Of a stretch of DNA of 38,505 nt, positions 1-12,193 are shown piece after piece (within the stretch, counting starts at the first letter, position 1; each line of letters opens with the position of its first letter). Location: the NCBI GenBank assembly GCA_003990765.1, contig RBNJ01000161.1:1-38505 (forward strand). Reading direction: 5' to 3'. A model generated the notes under the pieces. The model ran no database searches. It was not told where the DNA came from and saw only the letters and a list, made by a program, of their open reading frames with translations. Made by a program: the position numbers and the translations under genes. Source of the DNA: Jimgerdemannia flammicorona (taxonomy: Eukaryota).

Positions 1-1358
1 ATTTTTTTTTTTTTTTTTGTTGCAATCAAAGCTGTATGCGAAGGAGAACACTGCAGACTTGCTATTATCTCTCTTTCCTTGGGTACCCGCTACTTCAAAC
101 CCCACAAAGGTTGTCTGCACATAACGCGATGCATGTCATATTCACAAATTCTCTTCCCAACATTTGCCTGGCCCAATCCCGAACTAAAACTAGTCACTAA
201 TTCCGACCCGAGACATGTCTGAGAAATCTCCACCTCTCTGTATCATAGTTCGTTGTCATGCTTGTGCTTTAAGTGCCCATCGTACGTGCTTCGTCCGCTT
301 CTGGTTCGCCGAGGCTAGTTTTTCACAGTCAAATCCGGGTTGGACAATGCCGATTCCAAAAAATGGTTTTGACTGAGGTGGACGATACGCACATGGCTCG
401 ATATTCACGGAGGTCAGGAGGGAAACTTGGAAGCTCTTCTCGACAGTTCAGCATAATACGCCATAAGACGGTGATCATGAACATGGAAGGCAAGTGATAC
501 AATGAAAATCCCATCGTCGGGGATTATCGTCGTATACCGAAATCCATCTCTACAATAGTCGCGACAACACAAAGATGGGCTTACGGACGGAAACAGGCAA
601 ATCAGTGTCCATTTTGGTACGGGTTTGTTTTGTTTTTTCATTCTCATTTCATATTCATATTCATATTTTTTATATTGGTACAACGGCATATGTAATCCTT
701 TTTCTACAGTCTGGAAAATGTATCGGAGCAAAATTTAAGTTGGTGTAGCAAGTATATATATATATACTAAAAGCAAAATTTAAGTTGTACTAGAGGAAGG
801 ACTGATTAGTTTCCGACCGATATTCCTTCCCCTTTATATCCCCCCTCTATTTACCTCGCTCAACCTGAGGCATGTTACTCGGTTGTATGGTCTTTTTTAT
901 AGATTCAGCCTCTATCGTAGCTCGCGCCCTTTTCCGAGTGTTGGGACTGGCATCGTAGCACTCATCGTGAGTTTGGTGGAGAAATTGAAATTCAATTCGA
1001 ACACAACTGTCCTTAGCTTACTAGAAATATTAAAGAGTTCAGAAACCCCTGGCGAAAGGAGGTACGCACATCATATGCTTGGTGTTCTCCAAGCGCGGAG
1101 GTCCGCGTTTTTCTTTTCTTTTCTTTTCTTTTCTTTCTTTGTTCTTTCTTTCTTTCTTTCTTTTTTTCTTCCGAAATCTATCTTGCGTATCAGCTCTTGG
1201 ATCTTACGTTTCGGTGCACGTGATCTTGGAGTCTTTTTGATGACAACGACGTAGGGTAGGCGAATTTCTTTGGGCAGCCTTGAGTCGACATCCACAACCG
1301 CCCACCTTCCCCAACCTCGGCATAATGAAATCTATAATTTTTTTAAGACATCCGTCCG

Positions 1359-1811
1359 TCATAAAATATTCTCTGAGTCCTGTTGAATGTTCTGACACTG
1401 GAATTGGAGGTGCCGTACTTGTGCTTGACGCTGTACTGGCTTGAAATAGTTCATTTGGTCGTCCTTAAACTTATCCATCTCGGCTGTCTGCATTGTGAAC
1501 TGCTCGATCTTGTAGCGAGGGTGACTGTCGCCATATTCCTGCGAACCTGCGGAACGGGCGGGAGGTTGGTTGCAGCGTGCGTAAATTATTGAGGCAAGAC
1601 ACAACACATAGAAATAAGGACCTAAGAAAACATTGTCTTGTTCAGGTCGATAGTTATACCTTTCGGCCATCATATCGACAATGTTCGTGGACTTACGGAA
1701 GGCGGCAGCTGCGGTGGCATTCTTAATAAAAGGTTTGTCTATGCTTTCGCAAATTTCACGTCGCCAACATGCATCAGGAAATTTTTTCGTTGTCCAGAGC
1801 CAGTTCGTCAT
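1359..1811 (-). CDS. Possible ORF or exon of unknown function in the CpG-normal region
   Basis: 150-aa ORF in the track; no recognisable motif. Neighbouring minus-strand ORFs and GTAAG/YAG sites suggest a spliced or decayed gene, but I could not build a convincing model. Confidence 0.15.
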   Translation of the reverse strand: MTNWLWTTKKFPDACWRREICESIDKPFIKNATAAAAFRKSTNIVDMMAERYNYRPEQDNVFLGPYFYVLCLASIIYARCNQPPARSAGSQEYGDSHPRYKIEQFTMQTAEMDKFKDDQMNYFKPVQRQAQVRHLQFQCQNIQQDSENIL

Positions 1812-2450
1812 GAGTTCGTCGCCCAGCCGGACCCGGACCCGGGCGCCTACTCTCTAACTACGGACTGCACGAACCAGAACTGTCTCGGACCTGGAGCTAA
1901 CTCTCTCACCACGGACAGCCCGGACCCAAACTTCTCCAGATCTGGACTGCATTGACCTGGATCAGGACAATGTGAATCGGAACCAGGACAATGCAAATCG
2001 GAACCAGGATCAGAACCTCAAATGTATTACTTTATTAGATTACTATATAATTACTAATATAAAATGTTCAGAATAATGCCGGAAGTACAGAAATAATGCT
2101 GGGACTGCATAAAACGCATATACATCAAAGGAATTGTATGTGTGAGTGTTTTTCAAGTGAAGTGCCGGATTTGCGAAGCAAGATTAGCCGTTGAAAGATC
2201 CATCAAGCTCATAATCTGAATCCACAAGGGTCAATGGCACGTCTGGAGCAACAATACTATGCTCCTCTTCATCCTCAGCTCCCTCCAACCCAATCATACT
2301 TGCATCCTTCTCAATGGTCAACAGGTCGATGTGCGCCTTCGTTTTCATGACCATACTGACCCACTTCATATACATTGGTTTGTGCATCTTCTCACTGAAG
2401 GTGGAGAGAGTTTGTTTGGGTGTCATGATAATCTCCAGCTAAAACATATG
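1795..2450 (-). mobile_element. Possible end of a hAT-like DNA transposon (C-terminal remnant plus subterminal repeats)
   Basis: The minus frame ending at 2184 reads LEIIMTPKQTLSTFSEKMHKPMYMKW followed by an acidic tail, loosely like the end of the hAT dimerisation domain. Short repeats (CCGGAC, AATCGGAACCAGGA x2) lie at 1827-2017, and CAGAGC at 1795 is a candidate terminus. No second terminus seen. Confidence 0.25.
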
Positions 2451-2487
2451 AATGAAATATGGATTAGCTCCTGGAAGCTGTTCCAAA

Positions 2488-2490
<3 letters not shown>

Positions 2491-2519
<29 letters not shown>
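2491..2519. repeat. (AT)n microsatellite
   Basis: Uninterrupted AT dinucleotide run. Confidence 0.95.
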
Positions 2520-2523
<4 letters not shown>

Positions 2524-2726
2524 TATAAGATGCTTACAAAAGTATAAACAACAATGAGGGTATTTAGCATGATGTATCTGTTAGAGTCAAGAACATTTGC
2601 AAATCAAGGGTTTTGCTTAAGGATCAAATAATAAAGTGAGTGTTGGATGCATTTGCCTGCAAAAGACTTAATGAGTTCTCCAGTAGTTGGGTTATATAAG
2701 TATAGAAATTTGTTTTTTTTTTTTTG

Positions 2727-3000
2727 CAAGATATTGAACCAATGCCCTTGATCTGACAGGTTGCATAGGCAGAGGTCTTGTAATTGTCTTCACTCTCTTC
2801 TCCAGAGTCTTCTTGAACATTATTGGCCTCAGTTATCTTCCAACCTTGGTCCTTGGCTGTCTTGATAAGTCTAAATCTTATTTGTTGTCTAAATGTGGAG
2901 ATTTCTACCAGTTGGCCAAAGGTTGCATTGACTTTTTGTTAGCTGAAATCCTTGAAGATATCATACTTGAAAAACTTGGTCTTACAAAGCTTCTTCTCTC

Positions 3001-3041
<41 letters not shown>

Positions 3042-5330
3042 GACTCAATATCTCATAGATTTTTATTAGAAGGGAACCAAAACCCTCCCCCATCACCCAT
3101 CAAGCACTGCCCCCCCATTAACCTAGGCTAGCTATTGTCCAGCAGCTTGACCATGCCAGATGCAGCAGGGCCTATATTGGCCTGTACCTCATTCTGTACA
3201 CCATGCTCTCCCTACCACCAGGGGGAACCCAGCCATATGCTAATGATCAAAAGTACATGCCCAAGACCCCAACATATGTACAAGGCCATACCTGAGTCAA
3301 ATAGAATAGCCCCTGCCACCTCAAGAAGAATGACAGGTAAAGAAAAACTCTCATCAAAGTATATTACAGTGGATAGGGCCTGGTTCTTTCAGTTGAGATA
3401 AATAAAGGACTTATATGTGAGGCAAGAGGAGACCCCCAATACCCCACTACTCAAGCCTGCAGGCCTTGATCACATTGTTATGTCAGCTCCCAGTTTCAGT
3501 TGAGTGCAGCCAAGACATCTGAAATGAGTAGCCTTGGACCCCCCAACCCCTCTCAATGACTGGGGCCCAACCTGCCAAATCACCAAAAGAAGCTGAGAGT
3601 GATACCTACCACCTAACTGCTCCACACCAATCAAAAGGCCCCACCAAAGCAGTACCCACCCCAGCCTCAATGACTGCCCCTAGCCTGGCACCCTACTGGT
3701 TCACCATAATCACCCTTTCTCCTATCTGTGATGGTCATCTCCCCTCCTATCCTGACATTATCTGAAAAACAGTCACCTATGCCAGAACTGTGCTCACCGA
3801 AAAGCTTGCCAAAGCCAGAGGGCCCCACAGGTACTGAGGACCTGTAGATAATCTATACTAAACACTTGATGCCCAAGGTTGGCCGACTCCCTACATAACC
3901 CATGATGTACCAAGACAACACCTTGTTGGCGATAGCAAAAGGAAGAAAGTGTTATACCAAAATAGATATACTCCAGATGTAGCTGAAGATACCAGAAACT
4001 GCAAAAAAGTGGAGAAGACACTAATTGGACACCAATAAAGAGGCAACTCATCACCATTGTCTTCCCCCTACTGCCCTGCAATAGATACAGCAAACCAACC
4101 TAAGGTAGAGGGAGTAATAATTGTGAAAAGTAGACTTAGAAGATTGCCTACCAAACTATTATAATCAGTAAGATAGTAGAGAAAGAGGCATTCTTCTCCC
4201 CCTCTCTCTTACTAGCTAGAGTAGTTCCTCAGATGATATCTTCAACTGCTTGCTCAAGCTTTATATCTTAGTCTATTTGTTTAGTATTGATTTCACTTTC
4301 TGTAATTACCTTTATTTTTTTTTCTACTGAATTCTTCTTGGTCCTTTCTGATGAGGCTTCTTGTGGACATCTTTCTTAGTGATCTTAGTAGAGTAGACTT
4401 TCTATTTTTCTTTATCAGACTTTTCAATTTCTTCAAAGATAATAGTATTGGTCTGTTCTTTATTTTAGGTAGCATTTCTTGACTGAACTTTGTACTTACT
4501 TTCACTCATACATTCATAAGAGTAGTGGTCTTCCTCTCTACAGCTATAGTAGATATCTCTCTTCTTATTTGAGATAGTAGTAAACTTCTAAACTAGACAA
4601 TGATCTCTTTCTCTAATTTTCCTTATCACATCTCCTAGATGGGCAGTTATTTCAGCAAACTTCTTAGTGAGTTCCTCTATAGAGTCACTGTTTTTCTATT
4701 ACTTAATAGTTCTTAGTTGAGATATATTTTGATTGATCATATAGCAGAGATCATACTAGTTATCATAGATGCTTTAATTCTAACTCTAGTGACTCTTTCT
4801 ATTATGTGGTCTTATAAATGTATAGCTATTTAGTATTATTAAACATAGATGATCTTCTGTAGTAGATTCAGAATTACTAATAATGAGCAGATAGCTATAG
4901 CTATCTCTGGATGGATTTCTTTCATAAAGATTACTTTAGCTATTTGGTCTTAGATAGCATCAGTATAATTAGTGAGAATTATCTAATATCAGATTCTAGT
5001 ATAGAATATATTTAGATCTTCACTTATTTCTTGACATATTATATTGAGCTGATCCTTTAAAGCTTACTTAATCTTATCTATATAGTATGTAGTTTAGAGC
5101 TAGGTCTTTTATGCTGCTAGCATAGTATCATTATCTGCTCTTATATAAGTTATAGTTATAATTACTACTCTTACTGAGTCTTGAAGACTAAAGAGTATGA
5201 GAGCTACTTACTATCTTGATATCAGAGTTCTTATAGTAGTATATTGCTCAAAATTATCAATGAAAGTAATGATTGATTTATCTGAAGTATATCTATAGAA
5301 TACTAGTACTATAGACTATTATGTTGCTAA
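2727..5330 (-). mobile_element. Degenerate Ty3/gypsy gag remnant (gypsy-D), interrupted at 3006-4190
   Basis: Minus strand gives gag-like LVFYRY..TFIDNFEQY, IFMKEIHPEIA and DSIEELTKKFAEITAHL, and a decayed CCHC knuckle IYYSCREEDHYSYEC (~4510-4555). Removing the insert rejoins the frame as TLASKREGEKKLCKTKFFKYDIFKDFS*QKVNATFGQLVEIS...TSAYATCQIKG, stopping before any protease active site. Confidence 0.8.
3006..4190 (-). mobile_element. 1.2-kb polyA-tailed retroposon with a 15-bp TSD (probably non-autonomous)
   Basis: T-run 3006-3037 with AATAAA shortly upstream on the minus strand. TSD TTCTTCTCTCCCTCT (2991-3005) / TTCTTCTCCCCCTCT (4191-4205). Excision restores the host gag frame. Confidence 0.85.
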
Positions 5331-5569
5331 TTGAAAAGATATTTTTTCCTATCTTTAGAGTATATAGTATATCTTAAAAAATATCAGTAGACTCTATAAT
5401 ATTCTCATAGAGATATATATTGATATTTTCTCTTCCTTGAGTATATATAATATTATTATTACTTATTTTGATTGATATCAGATACTCAAAGAACTCATAT
5501 ATAAAGAACTATTTTTAGTAAACTGTTATATATTATATAATATTTAAATCCATAAGCTATACATTATTA

Positions 5570-5808
5570 TTATTAGCTACATATCTCAACTCAGGTCTCT
5601 GTCTGTTTTCAAATTAGACAAAATGGATTAAGTATATTTAAGCTTTCAATACCAAGATTATCTATAAGCTAGATAAGATAAATATAATAGCTAATATCTT
5701 ATCAAGAAGACCTAATCTTAGTATCATCAAGATGACTCCAGATAAGACTCTTTTGGATAAACTAAAAGAAGGATACTACCAGGATCTAGTTACAAAAAAA
5801 ATCCTTAC
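5570..5808 (+). pseudogene. Ty3/gypsy pol fragment, RNase H C-terminus (gypsy-B)
   Basis: Reads TKWIKYI*AFNTKIIYKLDKINIIANILSRRPNL...LLDKLKEGYYQDLV, a decayed form of the ARWxExLxxFxxxIxYKPGKxNxxADxLSRRPD motif. Confidence 0.8.
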
Positions 5809-6189
5809 TAGTGCTCTCAATGAATTGAATCAAAGGTCCAATTCAATTAAATTTAAATCAAATCAAAGACTAATTCAATTCAAGGTCTCATTTGATTCCT
5901 ATTTTTTGAAATATAATAACTTGACTAATATATATCTAAATTCAATAATCTTTAGCTTATTAGATTCCTCTTATATAGAAGAATCTAACAAGTTAAAGAT
6001 CATTGAATTTGGATATATATTCATCAACTTATTATATTTCAAAAAATAGGATTCAAATCAGACTCTTAATTTAATTTGAATTTGATTCAATTTGAACTTG
6101 ATTTGAATTGAAAATTCCCCATTTAATTCAATTTGAATGACCCTTAATTTGATTTGATTTGAATTGATTCAATTTGTTTAAGAGCACTA
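5809..6189. mobile_element. MITE (381 bp) with terminal inverted repeats
   Basis: Left end TAGTGCTCTCAATGAATTGAATCAA; right end reverse-complements to TAGTGCTCTTAAACAAATTGAATCAA. Many ATTCAA/TTGAAT/TTTGA subterminal motifs. Flanks are CTTAC and CTTAA, so the TSD is ambiguous. Confidence 0.8.
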
Positions 6190-6365
6190 CTTAAGATATA
6201 AATATTACTATATTTAGTAACAGAATAATTCAGAAACTCTCTAAAATTTGTAAAAATATACTCCTACAACTAAGAGACTATATTATAAAGCAGACCTTTC
6301 ACATTGTATATCTTCTAAAATACAATCTTATTCTTAAAAAATTCTAACTTATATAAGAGAATCTC

Positions 6366-6367
<2 letters not shown>
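6190..6367 (+). pseudogene. Gypsy-A aspartic protease, C-terminal part
   Basis: IFSNRIIQKLSKICKNILLQLRDY...KYNLILKKF*LI*ENL continues across the LINE TSD as YIN**INII, a decayed YDLILGxPWLxxxNPxIDW motif. Confidence 0.75.
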
Positions 6368-6414
<47 letters not shown>

Positions 6415-6469
6415 GTTATTTGGACTTCCACTTTTATTACCAATTACTATCCAATCTATATTATATTAA

Positions 6470-9400
6470 TATAAAGATACTAATATACCTTTTACCTAAT
6501 CCTATATGGACCCCTCATCTCTCCTCTCTTTCTTTCTCTTCTGAGAGTTACTAACCCCCCAGCAACCCCAACTCTCCCTCTGCTCTTCTTGTAAATATAT
6601 TTCACAAGTCTCCTATGGTTTCCTCCACCAGGTCTCCACCCCCACCACCACCCATTCAGGATGTCCAGTAATAATCACTCTTATTTTGTAACTCTTACTC
6701 CAACTGCTAATTGTTGACAATCCTCAAATATATAGAGCCAATATCTAGTAATTTCAACCCAAATAGCTAGAGCCTACTCCAAAGTCAACCACTTATTCCC
6801 AACTCCTCCCACTAACCTATGCTAAAGATCACTCCACCTCTCTCTCTTCCCTCTCCCCCTCTCCTCTCCCCAAAGTGCACAGCCCCAGTCAGTCCTCAAT
6901 AATCTGTCAGTAGTCTCTCAGAACCTCACACTCCCCAAGCCAATACTCAGAGATCTACACTATGCCCCCCATCTGCTCAACATTCAGACACTCCTCATAC
7001 TCCACAATATCCCCTTCTACTAAGTATCCTGACTAGTAGTTTAGCATTATGTTGTATCTTAAAATCCATCACCATATCACCTAGAACTTGGAGGGGAGCC
7101 ATCTTGCCACTTGCTTGTACCAAGACCAGACACTATTCCAGTTCCACTCTTTACCAATCCCCACCCCCTGCCATACTTCTGACCACAAATCCTTTCTATA
7201 CTCCCACAGATATTCCATACTATCTTCTAGCTGAAAATCCTCCACCAGTATGTCTCCTAATAGTAGGCAGTCTCATCTTTATATCTGTAGTCTTCATTTC
7301 TCCTCCCCCTTATCACCCCTCCACTAAAGACCAATGCAGTGGGCACCACCCACCACTCCTCACCAGAATTCTCTATAATATATCTTTCTACTCTCTTTGA
7401 GAGTCACTAGAGAGAACAGGTCACCAGTCATATTTTGAGGAGAGCACCATACTTCCCACACCCTCTGCATAAGGGGCACTCACTCTCAACCCCACAATTT
7501 GCTCACTCATCTCAGCCACCATACCCTCAAGTAGTGCAGATACTTGGTGAAGTCTACTAGACTAAGTCCATCTCTGTCTACTGGTAATATCAATACCTCC
7601 TAGCTGATCTGGCTTCTCTGCTCTGCCCAAATCTATGATCTGACAATCTTCAACAGTCTCTTGACTACTCACACTAGAAAGTCTAAGTGATATCTAATAT
7701 CTTATAGCTTCAGCAGCCAGTATACATTCAGTACCATCACTCTCTCTACCAGAGAGATATATTGACCTCTCTATCCTAAGAGTATATTCCCCCAAGCTAG
7801 CAGCTGCTGCTCCCACTAGTTACAAGGCAGCAGAGAACTATACATCAAAAAATAAATCCCTAAGTAGCAGACTGCCTCACTAGCTGGGACCACCATTCCA
7901 ATCACATCACCTTCAACTATTTCTCCACCTAGAGCCAGTATCTTGCACTTATGCCAATTGAGCCTAGTACCCAAACACCTCTCATACCATTCTACTGCAC
8001 TCCTCAGTGCTGCTACATCCTTCACTGAGCTCAGCTCTACTACTATATTGTCAGCAAAAAGCCCCAACCTTCCAAAATATTCAAACCCCCAACTCTATGC
8101 TGAATCCTATCCAGCAAAGGCTCTAATGAGAGGGCATAGAGAATCAGTAACAGTGGATCTCCTTGTGGCACTTCTCTGCCAAGGGGAAAGAACTCTCCCC
8201 TATGCTTATTTACTATAATAGCTGCCCAACTCTCCTCTAGCAGATAAATCAATAATCTTCTGAACCCTTGTGGGACTCTCATTCACTTCAACACCTCTAG
8301 CCATATATGCTGAACCCTGTCATACACCTTCTCTTGATCTAGAAAGACTAGTCAGTCATTAACTCCAGCTGTGCAAATAGTCTCAATAATACCATGGACC
8401 CATGCCATTCTATCTCAAATCAACCAACTACTGACAAAGCCCCTTTGCTCAGCCCCTAGCACTTGCTGAGCCACTCTTTGCAATCTGACCATTAAAATAT
8501 TTATCATTAATTTGCAATCTATATCCAGAAGCATGATCAGTCTCCAGTTCTTCCAATCCTCTCTTCTCCCCTTGTTCTTATATAACAGAGCTACAAGCTC
8601 CAGGCACTGTCTCCCAATCTAGAACTTGGAGCTGATGACCTCATTACACATCTATACCATCTCCTCTAACACAACCTCAATACCAGCTATCTTCTTTCAA
8701 AAATCTCAAGACAGCTCATCCTCTCCAGGGGCCATCTCCATACTTATTATTGCCAAGACCTGACATATCTCCTCTTTACTCACTGAGCCTTCAAGTTTGC
8801 CCAGGCCTACAGCTGGGTCTGGGTACCAATTCTCTAGCTGCCTTTCAATGTCTTGGACATTCTCTCTCCCCTCCTCCTCACTCTACAGCTGCCTCTAGTA
8901 AGACTAAAATAGGCCTAAGATCTCTGGTGTCCTAGTCATTATCTCTCCTGTCTCATCCAATACTCCTTTCCACCACTGCCTTATCCTCCTCACCTATAGC
9001 AGCCTTGAAAATAATTTAGTAGGCCACTTCTTCTCCTCCACACTCTACCACCTCAGCTGAGCCACCAGCCCTTTCACCTGCAGTTCTTTCTTCTGTCTAA
9101 ACAGCCTCTTCAGTTCTTCCACCTCTTGCTGGATCTGCTGAATCCTCCAATCTCCTACCCCATAGTTCTCCAATGATCCAGCTCATCTTCTCAGTAGGTT
9201 TGTCAGTCTCTGTGAAACCCACCTAACACACTGCCTCTGCTGGGCCCCCCTCCCTCTCTCTGCCTCACCTCAATACTACTGAGCATCAGATTTCAACTAC
9301 TGCTAATAGTCCCCAATCTCCAACCCCTGTACCCTCCAGTCAACTACCTTAGTGCTAATATCTACCACCCATTCTCTCCACAAGATACTATCTCCCAGTA

Positions 9401-10154
9401 ATGTGGTATTTAGACACCAATGTTCAGGCCCATCCCTACTACTTCCAAACCTCTCTCTGCCCAGCAACCCCCAGTGATCTGACTAAGGACACCAGACTGT
9501 CTCAATCTCACTCTAGATATCTGCACCCCAGTACTCTACTGTTAATATCCAGTCTATCTGAGATCTCAGTCCTACCACTCAGTAAGTATAGACCCTATGA
9601 TCTGCCCATCTAAGTCACTCAGAATCTACTAAAGAACTCATTCTCTCAATATTCTCCCAGTCCTCTATCCCACCACTCCTGTCTGCTATACTTCTCTCTC
9701 CATTGGTCCTATCTAACTCACTATTGTGTATTATATTAAAGTCACCCCCCAGACAGTTGATCTCTGCCTCTGTCAGAACACCTGCCTCCTGCAGACCCCA
9801 GACTCAATCCACTCACTCCTCTCTTTCTGCTAGATAATAGTATAATCCTATAGTTAGGGGACTCCAACCTGGCCTCCTCTATACTCCCTATACCAATTGG
9901 CTCCCCCAATGTCCAATATCTCCAATATCCTCCACCCTCTTTCTGACCAGAATGTCCACCCAACTCTGCCATACTGCTGTACTGCTCCATTCTCTTGTCC
10001 AGTCTAGTAAGTCTAAGTCCATATTATAACTTATGTCCTGTAATAAAAAAAGATCCACATCTAGCCCCTTTAACTAGCTAAAGATATTCTGTTATCTCAT
10101 TGCATCCCTCAGTCTATTGACATTTAAAGAGAAGATTCTAGTTATACTGTTTAT
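6470..10154 (-). pseudogene. L1-a ORF2 (APE endonuclease + reverse transcriptase), many stops
   Basis: IFSLNVNRL, FLLQD, GGDFN, GREVPQGDPLLLILY, LFADNIVV, GTRLNWHKC and YLGIYF motifs. End coordinate approximate. Confidence 0.88.
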
Positions 10155-10188
10155 ATTAAAAAATGTTTTTTGAGAGAAAGTGTCCACC

Positions 10189-12097
10189 CTACAGTTTGAT
10201 ACTCATCTCATCACCCACAAGATCTAAGTTTCTTTCTGCTGCAATCTTGTCTGCCTCCACCTACTGAGTATCCAGTGCTGCCAAGATCTTCTGACAGTCT
10301 ACTCCATCCACAGTCTCCATCTCCAACTAGTATTCCTCACACACTACCCACTACTTATCTAGCTCCTTTCTCAGTCTCCACATATAGGCTGTATGATTAT
10401 TCACAATCACTCTAAGTACTGCCTCTCTGTTATCATCCACTTGATAGGCCTTGGTCTCTAGCAGTACTACTATGATCTCATCATAGATTTTTCTTGGCAC
10501 CTCCTCACCATATAGAATTTTACCCCAGTATCTCTCACTTAGTACTCAAAAGTCCTCCCTCCCCAGTTCCTCTATCACTATATTTTTCAATATCTTCTAC
10601 AGCTACTTCTCTTTATTCACAGCCTCCTCAACTCTCTTAGCCATCTCCTTCACCCTCTCCTCTTGCTCTCTCTCAGTATTCCATCTCACTAACTCATTCC
10701 AATCCTCCTCCAGTACATTCTGTAGTTCCTCCTCTCCAGTAGCCCCACCTGGCACTCCATACTAAGGGTGCTCCCCCTCAATCATCTTTACATCTTCCAT
10801 GACTACACTTAACCCAGAGCCACCTCCTGCTCTCTGGAGCACCTCTGGAGTCACCCCCTTCTCCTTTGCTCAGGCACTTACTCATAAATCAGTATCTTCA
10901 GCTAAGGTCCCCCCTGATGTCCCTCCTTTCAACTTCACCAACAGCTCCTTCTGAATCTGCCTCCTCTGTGCCTACTCCCAGGCTGCTCAATTCAGCTGCA
11001 CTCTCTTACCATTGATAATCTCTACAACTGTCTTAGCCTCATACTTCTTCTAGGCCAATCTCCTCCTCTCCATAGCCTCAGCTAGGTCCTCTAATGTCTC
11101 TAGCAGGGCCTCTTCTTCTTCTAGCATCCCCTTTATCCACAAAACCTTACATTCTACAGAGCCCTACTTTAGGACTGTCAGCTAGTTCCTCACCTTTCCC
11201 ATATTCTTCTTATCCACTAGCTGCACCCTGACATCCATATCTCCAGTCCTGAACTCAGTGCTCTCTCAGACCCTAAACTCAATATCTATAATCTCCCAAT
11301 ACTTCTTGACTACCTCTACAATCAACCCTCTGGCTATTTTCTTTGATATAGTCAGCACATCTAGTACAATCAACTATACTACTCAGGGATTCCAGTGCAA
11401 GTACTATATCATAGAGATTGCTACCCCCCCCATCATCACTCTCTTCTCCATTGCCTCCAATAGCATCTCCTCCTACTTGAAGCCAACCTCCACTCCTTCC
11501 TATCTCTTCAAAAACTTTACTAAGGTAGCCCCCTTCACCTCCTGAGCCAGAAGCTCTAGAATTATTCTTACCATAACCACTAAGCCTCAGAAGCACAATA
11601 TGATGGCAAATTCAGACCCTGATTTCTTGAGTAATAGTGCTGCCACCAGTTCTATCACACCATCTACCAGATCTCCAGGCCTCATGCCCACCTCCTGTCT
11701 AGATCTACTATCAACTGTCACATCTAGATTTTTTCTAAATTAGCAGTTCCCTCTCCATCAGCAGTCTTACTCTTTCTAGCCACTACTTCCTCAGCTCTAT
11801 TGTTCTCACCTTCACAGGCTGCTCCCTCAGAACCTTCAGTTCTCTCTGCCTCCTTGCCCTTCCTCAGCCAGCCCTTCAGCTCAGTTGTTATTGTTGGTCA
11901 CCCTTTTTTCATCTTATCAGTAAAGCTCATCCTCCCAGACCCCTGTCCTCTAATACTACCATATCTCCTTCTATATCCTACTACTGGCAAGCCCCTCATG
12001 CTTTCCCCTAAGCCATGGCTCCTTCTCACATACTACCAGTCAAATGTACTGGGCCACCCTGCCCAGTATACACCTCAGAATGCTCAACAGTTACCAT
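10189..12097 (-). pseudogene. L1-a ORF1
   Basis: ATG at 12097 and stop at 10189-10191 lie at the same relative positions as in L1-b; colinear with L1-b ORF1. Confidence 0.8.
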
Positions 12098-12193
12098 GTT
12101 ATAGTGTCTTTTCTCTAAAAATAATATCTTGAGAGTTGCTTAAAGTTTGTATAATCTGAATATTACTGAAGAAAGAGTGCAAGAGAATCTCTA

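Larger units (their letters stand above)
6368..12180 (-). mobile_element. Full-length degenerate L1/Tx1-like LINE (L1-a)
   Basis: Long T-run from 6368; perfect 13-bp TSD AAGAGAATCTCTA at 6355-6367 and 12181-12193; two decayed ORFs; 5' end matches that of L1-b. Confidence 0.92.

Noticed and set aside
727..787. 16-bp direct repeat AGCAAAATTTAAGTTG around a short (TA)n
   Set aside because: Real, but the 29-bp spacer has no element features; most simply a local duplication.
883..1295. Overlapping ORFs with F/S-rich or K/R/E-rich stretches
   Set aside because: Composition comes from the TTTC low-complexity tract at ~1108-1170; no domain recognised.
5400..5560. LTR and primer-binding site for gypsy-D (TGATATCA as decayed TGGTATCA)
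   Set aside because: Too short and AT-rich to distinguish from chance, and no second LTR is available for comparison.
5732..6049. 105-aa ORF
   Set aside because: Chimeric: starts in gypsy pol sequence and reads into the non-coding MITE.
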